Below, one piece after another: positions 17,369 through 26,491 of a DNA stretch of 32,000 nucleotides (position 1 is its first letter; each line of letters starts with the position of its first letter). The notes under the pieces are model-generated. The model was not told where the DNA came from, searched no databases, and worked only from the letters and a program-made list of their open reading frames with translations. Both the position numbers and the translations under genes were made by a program. This DNA comes from Nitrososphaeraceae archaeon (GTDB lineage Archaea > Thermoproteota > Nitrososphaeria > Nitrososphaerales > Nitrososphaeraceae): positions 63,811 to 95,810 of the forward strand of contig DATFEP010000064.1 in assembly GCA_035250975.1 (NCBI GenBank). The letters run 5' to 3'.

Positions 17369-17787
17369 GGTGGTGTAGAAATCGATATTGCTATGAATTT
17401 CCATGTTACCATAATTATTTGCCTAACTCTCAAATTTTGCCCGTCGAAATTGAGAATTTTGTGCAAAATAATATATTAAGAAATAAACCAATAAAATGAA
17501 TTCCTAATATTCTGTAATAATTAACAAATAGTATAGTTGTTTTTATGCATATATTTTAGTGGATCTTTTGTAATATCTTAATTGCTTTTTCATTTATTTA
17601 AATCAGGTCTTTTACCATAAGTTTCTAAATCGAGAAAATAAGTAATAGTGTTTAATATGTAGGCAAACTTTAAATTTAAATTTTCATAATCATAATTTTC
17701 TAAAATGAAGAAAATGTATTAGAATAATATTAAAAATTGGAGATATTTAATAAGCTTTTTTTATCAAACAAAAAATCCTAAAATAGA

Positions 17788-18834
17788 ATGAGGATCAATA
17801 CTTGTTTAATGCACGATGGATCTTTTTTAATAAAACATTGCAGAATAGTTTCAGTGTTTCTTATATTATTTTCGATGCTTTTGAGTCAGATAATAATTGA
17901 AGAGTCATCCGCTGTTTCAAACCAAGTAGGTATTAAACAGATAACTTTAATTGCATATGAAAAGGTTCTACAAATAGCTCCAGATAATCAGTTCCATCCC
18001 GGTGGTATACTATATGAGGCGATGACATACAATGGCACTATTCCAGGTCCGACAATTGAATTAAACCAAGGCGACATTTTAAATCTAACTCTAAAGAACG
18101 CAGGTGATATAGTTCATAGCATTGATTTACACGGTATAAGCGGACCCAGCCAAGCAATATCTGGATCCTTAAAACCTGGTGAGAGTAAAACTTGGCAAAT
18201 TACGGCTGAAAACCCAGGAGTTTTTCTTTACCACTGTGATGGTGACAATCTAAATGGCATATGGGAACATATTTCAGGTGGTATGTATGGTGGTTTGGTA
18301 ATACATCCTCCACAAGAAAAACCAGCAAAAGAATTTTTTATCGCATTTAACGAAATCTACAATAATAAAGATCTAGGTTTGTTTGTTGGAAATAATAATA
18401 TAGTCGGATCATTTGATTTGACTAAATTCCTAAATAATCAGCCTGATTTGATCCTAACTAATGGGATGGCATTTAAATATTTTTCACTAATGGGAACAAT
18501 TGTTAAAATACAGTTAAATGAAAATGCAGATATGTTTAAAGTAAAAACAGGAGAATTAACTAGATGGCATATTATTAACGCAGGCCCCAGAAACGAAATT
18601 ACTTTTAATTTTGCCGGCGGAATGATAGATAAAATTAATAATAATTTTAACGGATCAGTTATTAAAAATACAGTTCCTCGAAATTACGAGGTTTCTATTC
18701 CACCCGGAGGAGGAAAAATGATAGAGACAACGTTTCCAGAAGATGGCATCTATTTTGGAAACGATCATGACATGGGAAATTTGTTAAAAGGTGTAGGGTT
18801 TATAGTTTCTGCAGAAAAAAATGAGATGAAGTAA
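17788..18834 (+). CDS. NirK-like two-domain multicopper oxidase (copper nitrite reductase family)
   Basis: After an N-terminal anchor, VHSIDLHG aligns with the NirK H95-x2-D98-x-H100 motif. FLYHCDGDNLNGIWEHISGGMYG supplies H135-C136, H145 and M150 equivalents. YFGNDHDMGNLLKGVGFIV matches the His306 region. Confidence 0.8.
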   Translation: MRINTCLMHDGSFLIKHCRIVSVFLILFSMLLSQIIIEESSAVSNQVGIKQITLIAYEKVLQIAPDNQFHPGGILYEAMTYNGTIPGPTIELNQGDILNLTLKNAGDIVHSIDLHGISGPSQAISGSLKPGESKTWQITAENPGVFLYHCDGDNLNGIWEHISGGMYGGLVIHPPQEKPAKEFFIAFNEIYNNKDLGLFVGNNNIVGSFDLTKFLNNQPDLILTNGMAFKYFSLMGTIVKIQLNENADMFKVKTGELTRWHIINAGPRNEITFNFAGGMIDKINNNFNGSVIKNTVPRNYEVSIPPGGGKMIETTFPEDGIYFGNDHDMGNLLKGVGFIVSAEKNEMK

Positions 18835-19086
18835 ACGCTGAAAATCACTACAATTCGTTTAAAGATAGAAAAAGACCATGTTGATTAGCTAGTTCTGTTG
18901 ACTATTAGATCGATTTCCAATGATGTGTTCTAAAACGATCAAAAAGAAGTTTTTAGAAAATTTTTCTGTTACTAGATTTCACAACATAAATAGATCCCAT
19001 ATTAAAATTTGATAATAAAAATCAATTCACTTTTATCATAAATTAGCAAACAATAACTTAAATATCTATTCATAAGATCGTTATAA

Positions 19087-19689
19087 ATGCAAAATGAAAA
19101 TAACAAAAATGAAAAAATAAACGTTGTAGGAATAAAGGTTTTGGAACAAAATGGAATTAATATAGATGAAATAACGAAATTATTGGTATATAACGCCTCA
19201 GTAGAATTTGCGGCTTATTACTATTTTACTAATTTAAGGATGCATTGTACAGGACAAGACGGAGAAAGTATTAAAGGAGTTATAGAGGATGCAAGATTAG
19301 AAGATTTAAGTCATTTTGAATCATCTTTGTCGAGAATATATGAATTGGGGGCAATACTACCTATTGATGCCCAAGATTTCATAAGGATGTCGGGTTGTGA
19401 ATTCCTTCAACTCCCTTCGCCTAACAAAACAGATTTAAAAGAAATACTACAAAAATGTTTAAAAGCGGAGCAAGGAGCTATAGTAAATTGGAATAAGTTA
19501 TGTAACCTAACTAATGGTAAAGATCCTGCAACTTACGACATAGCCAAGGATATTCTACGAGAAGAGATTGAACATGAATCTTGGTTTTTAGAGTTACTGT
19601 ATGCAAGACCATCAGGACATATGAGAAGGAAGTTTCCTGGAGAACGTCCTCACACGCATAAACACTCTAGATCATTAAATCTAGTATAA
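19087..19689 (+). CDS. DPS-like/ferritin-like di-iron protein (DPSL type)
   Basis: Four-helix-bundle pattern with carboxylate/His ligands: NASVEFAAYYYF, EDARLEDLSHFE, LKAEQGAIVNW and LREEIEHESWF (ExxH). It resembles archaeal DPSL/bacterioferritin-related proteins. Confidence 0.8.
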   Translation: MQNENNKNEKINVVGIKVLEQNGINIDEITKLLVYNASVEFAAYYYFTNLRMHCTGQDGESIKGVIEDARLEDLSHFESSLSRIYELGAILPIDAQDFIRMSGCEFLQLPSPNKTDLKEILQKCLKAEQGAIVNWNKLCNLTNGKDPATYDIAKDILREEIEHESWFLELLYARPSGHMRRKFPGERPHTHKHSRSLNLV

Positions 19690-20467
19690 TGAGATAGCCG
19701 TAACACATCACAAGATAATTATTACTTTTTTTATTAATTGTCATTTTTATCTACGTTGCTTGAGACAATAACTATTAACTTTTTATATTAAAGACACATA
19801 TATTGAAATGAGTTCACAAAAATTAAAAATATATTTTAGTATACACAATAATGAAAATATGTAAGACAGATTCAGTTTCAAGCCCTCCGAGCCTGTATAC
19901 TAGTAGGGTTCAATAACATTTTTTTAACTTGGAATTTAGCATGCTTATAGCAACATTAACAGTTTCTTTAATATAGATGCGAATCTATGCTAATGAAGTA
20001 TCTACTCTCAATCCATCCAAAGAAAATTCTGAACCAATAAGTTCTAACCTAAAAAGAGATTGAATATTATTTTCACCAATTTTTTGAATACCCTTTTCTA
20101 AATCAAAATATACTTCATTTATTTGCGATAACCTGTTTTCTGTTTTTAGATTGAAAAGTATCATATACTAAAGAATTATTTGTGTATTTTTTAACCATTT
20201 CTACAGGATGAGGTTTGTTATATTTCAATTACAAACAAACAAGAATCAAAATATTTATTTCAAATTATAGATTGATTTACTTCAAAGAATCTCAACTTGC
20301 CAGGATAAGGAACATATAAATAACTGAATACAATTGTTTATTTTTATTTTTGTGGCTTCTTTGATATTCTTATTGAAATGTTCTTGTGATCTTATAATAT
20401 GATTATCGATTTCCTGGAAGTATTGAATCATGTTTATTGACAGAATAATGAAGGAGAATTATCATCT

Positions 20468-21604
20468 CTATTTTATGGCAAGTACGTCTGTTTCTGGATA
20501 AAATGCAGCCCATTCAAACCAGAAACCTTGGTCCATAGGAAGTCTTTTTAATTGTCTATCTTGCAATTGTCCATTGATAAATTTACCATCAAAATTTAAT
20601 TCACTGTCTGTTGTTCTATCTTTTAAAGTATTATTTGTTTCATTGTAAAATAAATCAACAACAATCTTCTTATTTCCTTCATTATAATCATAAATAACTC
20701 GATCAAAAACTCTAACCATGAATGGTTCTAATGATACTAAAGCAATTTTTTTATCTTGTCCTATAACATCATTTATTACTTTTTTATTTTCTATATCTTG
20801 CAATTTGTAAGCTTTAAACTGATTTTTATTTCCTAATCCTATTATTATCTCTTTTAATCCTAATCTTTTATCATCATTAGTTACAGGAAACAAAATTAAA
20901 TCATTAGTATAATAATCTCCATATGGATCTGCTCCATATGGTCTAACTGATCCTGTATCTCTAGATAAAACTTTACTTTCAGGATATAATTTCTTCCACT
21001 CTTTCCAGTATGCAATATCAAACGGAATTTTTTCTAATTTTATACCAGAATAAACTCCAACTATTCCTTCACCTATTGCTTGGCTCCATAATGAATTACT
21101 CTTTCTATCATACATTACTAAATTACTATTATATAACTTGCCTGAGGTTCCAAATTCTACTGTGTTGCCATCAGATAAAGTACGATTGAATACTTGATTT
21201 GTAAAGCATAGGGGACAATATGTAACTGCTACTGGTTTATCTCCTACTACATCATTTACAATTTCATGCCATACAAGAATCTGTAATGGATATGCTCTAA
21301 TATCTCCATTTATATTCAAACCAAGGACAAATTCTGAATCTTCTAAAATTTCATCTGCTTCTTGAACTGATCGAAATTTTGGATTATCTATTGATGGTAT
21401 TCCATCTTGAGGTGGTCCACCACTAACAATTTTATCTAAGGGAACGGTATGCTTTATTTCTTGACCTAAAGATATTTTAAATATATTTTTTTCTTCGATT
21501 AAAAAGAAGATAGTACTGTATAAAAACATAGAAAATGCTAATGAAATTATTAAGATTGAATTTAATTTTATTTTCTTCTTCTTATTATCATTCATGACAT
21601 ACAT
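20468..21604 (-). CDS. Membrane-anchored DUF3179-family protein
   Basis: N-terminal TM anchor, then the DUF3179 signature blocks GGPPQDGIPSIDNPKF, YPLQILVWHEIVND, PVAVTYCPLC, FGTSGKLYNSNLVMYDRKSNSLWSQ and a C-terminal WFEWAAFYP. Confidence 0.85.
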   Translation of the reverse strand: MYVMNDNKKKKIKLNSILIISLAFSMFLYSTIFFLIEEKNIFKISLGQEIKHTVPLDKIVSGGPPQDGIPSIDNPKFRSVQEADEILEDSEFVLGLNINGDIRAYPLQILVWHEIVNDVVGDKPVAVTYCPLCFTNQVFNRTLSDGNTVEFGTSGKLYNSNLVMYDRKSNSLWSQAIGEGIVGVYSGIKLEKIPFDIAYWKEWKKLYPESKVLSRDTGSVRPYGADPYGDYYTNDLILFPVTNDDKRLGLKEIIIGLGNKNQFKAYKLQDIENKKVINDVIGQDKKIALVSLEPFMVRVFDRVIYDYNEGNKKIVVDLFYNETNNTLKDRTTDSELNFDGKFINGQLQDRQLKRLPMDQGFWFEWAAFYPETDVLAIK

Positions 21605-21618
21605 TTACCTCAAAATAA

Positions 21619-22212
21619 TTATCTAGAATTTCCTTGTTGTTTATTTTCTAGTAGTATATTTTTATTTTTTAGAACCTCGAGATCTTTATATAACTTTAAA
21701 ATAGACACTAGAGTTATTAAAGATATTATTATTAGTCCAATATAAGATAAAATACTTGAATAGTTGATCATAAATACTGATACTCCATTTCCGAAAACTA
21801 ATGGCAAATAAGAAAGTATAAAAAGCCAACTGCCACAGCATCCTAGTGGTACCAAAGAGAAAAATGAAAAAAAGGAACTTAATGCCGCTCCTAATCCATT
21901 TCCAGTACTTGAAGAATGTAAGAAATCTTTTTTATTAACCTCACAATTACCACTACTGCTCTTGATCTTTTTTCTATATGATATTACAAATGTTTGAACT
22001 CCTGTGCCAACAGCCATTCCAATAATTATAAAATAGTTTACTTGAAGTGCAGCTGATATTGATGCCGTAGCAGGCAGGTTAGGAGTTGTAAATACTACTA
22101 TTAATAGATATGAAATAATAGTTATAGAACTGACTATTACTCCCTTTAATATTGATTTTTTTATATTATTATTTAACTGTCTTAATTTATGTATCTGGTT
22201 TAAGCGAATCAT
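21619..22212 (-). CDS. Four-TM membrane protein with an intramembrane vicinal-cysteine motif (GCCGS)
   Basis: 197-aa ORF ending 14 nt upstream of the DUF3179 start, on the same strand. About four hydrophobic helices. The third contains SLVPLGCCGSWLFIL. There is an additional Cys in the loop SSSGNCEV. Confidence 0.6.
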   Translation of the reverse strand: MIRLNQIHKLRQLNNNIKKSILKGVIVSSITIISYLLIVVFTTPNLPATASISAALQVNYFIIIGMAVGTGVQTFVISYRKKIKSSSGNCEVNKKDFLHSSSTGNGLGAALSSFFSFFSLVPLGCCGSWLFILSYLPLVFGNGVSVFMINYSSILSYIGLIIISLITLVSILKLYKDLEVLKNKNILLENKQQGNSR

Positions 22213-22364
22213 AATATATATACAAATGTAAATAAAAAGATCTATTATTTAATGAGATATTTCAATAGTTCAAAAATTACTTTAACAGTTTAACTTTTAG
22301 ATTTTGATAAAATAAAAAAAGTTGGGATTATAGGATACAACACCTTGTTTTGTTATTAATTTAT

Positions 22365-23471
22365 TTATTGTTTGCTCATGTGTTTTAGTACTGTTTGTTG
22401 ATCAAAGAATGGACAATTCACTACATGCTTTCCTTCCATAGCTGGAGCAATAGTCAATAATCCTTTTTCTCTTGCATCATTGAGATCAGATAGTGTCTGT
22501 AGTAATTTCGCTTCTGCAGGATTATTCCATTCTGCAAAATTTATTCTCCACATTGGACTATAGTTTTCATCAGTTGGACCAGCATGTCCAATACCCGGCT
22601 GAAATCCCATTGGTCCAGTACCGTTTATTCCATTTGTAAATTGCGTCAAATCTACGGCAGCAGATGTAGCCGCAAGTTTTTCATCAGAAGGAGAATAAAC
22701 TACACCCATCATATTTGCAGGCATTTCTGGAGCAGCATCAGTTACTATGTAGTATATTGTATTACCATCTGGACCCCATCCCCTATGAGCAATGAAAGTC
22801 ACTATCATATTTTCTGTATCAATCTTTGTAACTTGGCCTCCACCATATTCCGTTTCGTCATTTATTTCTCCCTGTTTAATTACTAGTTCTCCTCCATCCC
22901 ATTTTACTGCTGGTTTGTTAACGATGATGGTTGATTTTTCTATTGTTATTTGGCCATCTTTTTCTGCTGTTATTATATCCTCGACCGATTTCAACTCTTG
23001 AGCATCTGCTTCATTTTTCCACTGAACCGTGTTAATCTGATATAATGGACTATATCCTTCGTCTCCTGGCTTTGCATTCAATACTGGCAATTGGAACCCA
23101 AATGATCCATCGCCTTTAATTCCATTTTTAAAAGCATAAGCTTGACCCAAGCTTTCGGCAGGAGTGTTTGCTACTGCTGATGCTACATTTGCCTTAAATC
23201 CAGTAATATTGGTTATCAACTCAGCAGTTTTTTTATCCGACGCATCAGTTGCTATTACAAAAATATCATTTCCATTTACATATCCTTTCATAAGAGGAAT
23301 ATCAATTTGTACATTTGCTGAAGCTAATTTTAATACTGAACCTGGATCAGTTTGAGCGTATGCATGTTTTGTTGTTAACGGACCTGCAATCACTAGCGTT
23401 GAACCAAGAATTGCAAATGTTGTTATGATTGAAAAAATTTTTAGATTCTTTTTTTCTAGTATGTTATTCAT
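22365..23471 (-). CDS. Secreted protein of unknown function built from two homologous halves
   Basis: Signal peptide (IFSIITTFAILGSTLVIAGPLTTKHAYAQ). The internal duplication is visible by eye: IFVIATDA/IYYIVTDA, FKNGIKGDGSFGFQ/FTNGINGTGPMGFQ, EGYSPLYQIN..W/ENYSPMWRIN..W, AEKDGQITI/AREKGLLTI. Confidence 0.7.
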   Translation of the reverse strand: MNNILEKKNLKIFSIITTFAILGSTLVIAGPLTTKHAYAQTDPGSVLKLASANVQIDIPLMKGYVNGNDIFVIATDASDKKTAELITNITGFKANVASAVANTPAESLGQAYAFKNGIKGDGSFGFQLPVLNAKPGDEGYSPLYQINTVQWKNEADAQELKSVEDIITAEKDGQITIEKSTIIVNKPAVKWDGGELVIKQGEINDETEYGGGQVTKIDTENMIVTFIAHRGWGPDGNTIYYIVTDAAPEMPANMMGVVYSPSDEKLAATSAAVDLTQFTNGINGTGPMGFQPGIGHAGPTDENYSPMWRINFAEWNNPAEAKLLQTLSDLNDAREKGLLTIAPAMEGKHVVNCPFFDQQTVLKHMSKQ

Positions 23472-23886
23472 TGATTAAAAAAATAAAAATGATCTATAAA
23501 AATGGATACTTGAACCATTAAATTAAAAGTTGAACATTTGAATTTTTCTTTACTGTCTAACGACAGGTCCTAAACAAAATTGAGAATATATAAAAGCAGA
23601 TCGAATTAGTTAATGCAATATGTATTTTCGTGGTGAATGTATCGTAAATTGATTCTTATAATCAATATAAAATAGTAAAAGTTGGTTTTAAAATAATCTC
23701 TACCCTGATTTTTGATAAATTGGTATTAATTTATTCTCCTGTGTGAGAAAAATACTATATTTTTCAATTTATAAAATTATCTATTTCAAAAATTTCCAAA
23801 ATTGGGAAATTTATCAAGAAATTATTATTGGAAAAAGAATAAGAATCCAAACATCTGTAATTTCTTAACTATTAACATATCATTTT

Positions 23887-25845
23887 TTATTTTTCTCCAT
23901 GTTCTGTTCGAGTTTTTAGTCTCGTTATGTCTCTTTTGAAGAATAGATCTATAAACCAGTCCAACATTACTCTCAATTTTCTTTCAGTAGTTGGAAGATT
24001 TCCCCAGTAATATAGTCGCCAGAATATCCATCCAATAAAACCATGAATTTTGTGTCCAAATACTAAACCTACACCATTTCTTTTTCCTACAAGAGCCATC
24101 ATACCTTTAGTTTTGTAGTTAAAAACTAATTCTTCTTTCTTCTTGTTTTTCTTTGAGTATATTTCATTAATTATGTTGTTAGATACTATTTTAGCTGCCC
24201 TTAATGCATGCTGAGCTGTAGGTGGATATGGTTTTCCAGTATTAGGGTCGATTATAAAAGCACAATCTCCTAGTGCAAAAATATTTGTATATCCATTTAC
24301 TTTTAGGTGTTCGTTAGTAATTATTTTTCCTGATTTATCATGTTCGCAATTTAAATTGCTTATAATGTTATTCGGTTTAACTCCTCCCGCCCAAATTACT
24401 GTATCACTGCATATTCTCTCTTCATCGTTTAATAATACATAATTCTCATCTATCTCTTTAACTCTTTTATTTAAGATAATTTGAACTCCATTTTTTTCGA
24501 GTTTGTTTAGAGTAAATTCTGATAAATCATCTGAGACTTCTGGTAAAATTCGTGAACCAGAATTTATCAATATTATTTTAATATATTTGATATCAATGTT
24601 GTGATAATACTGTTTAACAGAATCACGAACAAAATCATTTAATTCTCCAACAGTTTCTATACCAGAAAAGCCGCCTCCCACCACTACAAATGTCATTAAT
24701 CTTTTTTGTAATTCTATATTTTCATATTCCATATCAGCTTGCTCAAGCATATTTATAACATGATCTCGCAATAACAACGCATCACCAATAGTCTTTATGG
24801 TGAATGCATTTTTAGATGCACTTTCTATGTCAAAAAAATTGGTTTCTCCTCCAAGCGCTAAAACTAGATAATGATATTTTAGAACTTTGATTTTACTGTT
24901 TGATAAATTGGAATACTTACCTATGTTATATCTAATGCTTACTTCCTTTTCTTCAAGATTTATAGAATCAATATTTGCCTCATAAAATCTAGCTCTTTTA
25001 CAAAATGACCTAATAGGTGTAATTATATGTCTTGTCTCTATTGCACTTGCAGCTACTTCTGGGAGCATAGGCGTGAAGAGAAAAAAATTATCTCTACTTA
25101 CAATTGTTATATCTATATCAATTTGATCTTGAAATTCCTTTTGTAACTGTTGTAATATTTTTATTCCAGCAAATCCACCACCCAAAATCACTATCCTTTT
25201 TAGTTCTATTGGTTTGGTGCCATGTATTAGTTCAGCATGTTTTTGATATGAATCAATTCTACCTAAAGATATATCGCACTTTGCACACCTATATCGAGTA
25301 CCAAATTTTATAGAAAGGCTAGAAGAAACAAGACCTACAGTAATACCAAAAATGAGGTGGGTAACTAGAGAACCTATCAAAACAGTTGTCAATTGTGATG
25401 AAAGTTCTGATTCAATCAGTTCTTTTTCATAATTAGTGGATTCCTGGAGCATACTTATTGTTTCAGGAGATAGAACAAATTGATATACTGGTATAAAGAA
25501 AACTATGAATACTACAGTACCAGCAAAAATTCCATATATTATTCCATTGGATGGCTTACTAATATTTAATATGCCAGTTTTATACAAAAAGATGCCTACC
25601 ACAACTCCTATTGAAATAGCAGTTAACATATGTATCCCTATACCAGCTAATATTGCATCTGATGAATATACTCCAATTACATGTCCAAAAACTATCCATG
25701 ATAAGTAATAAGGCATTCCCATTACTACTTCAAAAATTGTTTTAGGAATAACAAAAACGACTGCACCTGCAATAGCGCCAACTACTACAAAAAATATTTC
25801 TCTCTTTAGAGAAAAATCTATTTTTACTTTAGTATAATTGCTCAT
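23887..25845 (-). CDS. Type II NADH dehydrogenase (NDH-2) fused to an N-terminal 5-TM domain and a C2H2 zinc finger
   Basis: Residues ~1-175 form about five TM helices. Then comes YRCAKCDISLGRIDSYQKHAELIHG (C-x2-C-x12-H-x4-H). Then the NDH-2 core: IVILGGGFAGI (FAD GxGxxG), VVVGGGFSGIE (NADH), FALGDCA and an amphipathic C-terminal tail WIFWRLYYW. Confidence 0.85.
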   Translation of the reverse strand: MSNYTKVKIDFSLKREIFFVVVGAIAGAVVFVIPKTIFEVVMGMPYYLSWIVFGHVIGVYSSDAILAGIGIHMLTAISIGVVVGIFLYKTGILNISKPSNGIIYGIFAGTVVFIVFFIPVYQFVLSPETISMLQESTNYEKELIESELSSQLTTVLIGSLVTHLIFGITVGLVSSSLSIKFGTRYRCAKCDISLGRIDSYQKHAELIHGTKPIELKRIVILGGGFAGIKILQQLQKEFQDQIDIDITIVSRDNFFLFTPMLPEVAASAIETRHIITPIRSFCKRARFYEANIDSINLEEKEVSIRYNIGKYSNLSNSKIKVLKYHYLVLALGGETNFFDIESASKNAFTIKTIGDALLLRDHVINMLEQADMEYENIELQKRLMTFVVVGGGFSGIETVGELNDFVRDSVKQYYHNIDIKYIKIILINSGSRILPEVSDDLSEFTLNKLEKNGVQIILNKRVKEIDENYVLLNDEERICSDTVIWAGGVKPNNIISNLNCEHDKSGKIITNEHLKVNGYTNIFALGDCAFIIDPNTGKPYPPTAQHALRAAKIVSNNIINEIYSKKNKKKEELVFNYKTKGMMALVGKRNGVGLVFGHKIHGFIGWIFWRLYYWGNLPTTERKLRVMLDWFIDLFFKRDITRLKTRTEHGEK

Positions 25846-26491
25846 TATAAAATATCAGCCTCCTTACAAATTGTTTATTAATTTTCATGAACTTGTATTT
25901 ATATTTGGATACAAACATTGCGAAAAACCAACCAATTCAATGAGCCGAACTTTAATTTGATACCCGTATCATATTTTTTTATATTAGTGTGATTAATTAT
26001 CAATAATTTTATCCTGAATAAGTAGAATATATGTATCTGCTTTAATTATTAAAGAAAAAATTAAAAGATTAAAGAAAAATTACTGTATGAATATGCTGGG
26101 GATAATTTCATCCATTAAAGTCTATTTTCTACAAAATTTTATGTTTGATGATGAAATGACTAATTACTCCAATAAGAATAAAACAAATAAATATCAACGA
26201 CAGGAAAACAAATCCATATTCAATTACAAATAATTTTGGTATAGTGAATCTTTTCATATTCATTTTTTTTATTGTTATAAGATTCTATTATTTTAAAGAT
26301 CCATAGAATATTATTAGATTACCTAAAACGGTTCAATTTATTCATTAACGGTTAATCAAAGATAATCAAAAATTGAGATGATAGCAACTTAACGAGTTCT
26401 CTTTGTTTTTAAATGTTAAGAGAATATGAAATAGTCACATCTAGGTATTAATTCTCATCTTATTTTCATAACAAATGAATTAATTAAAGAA

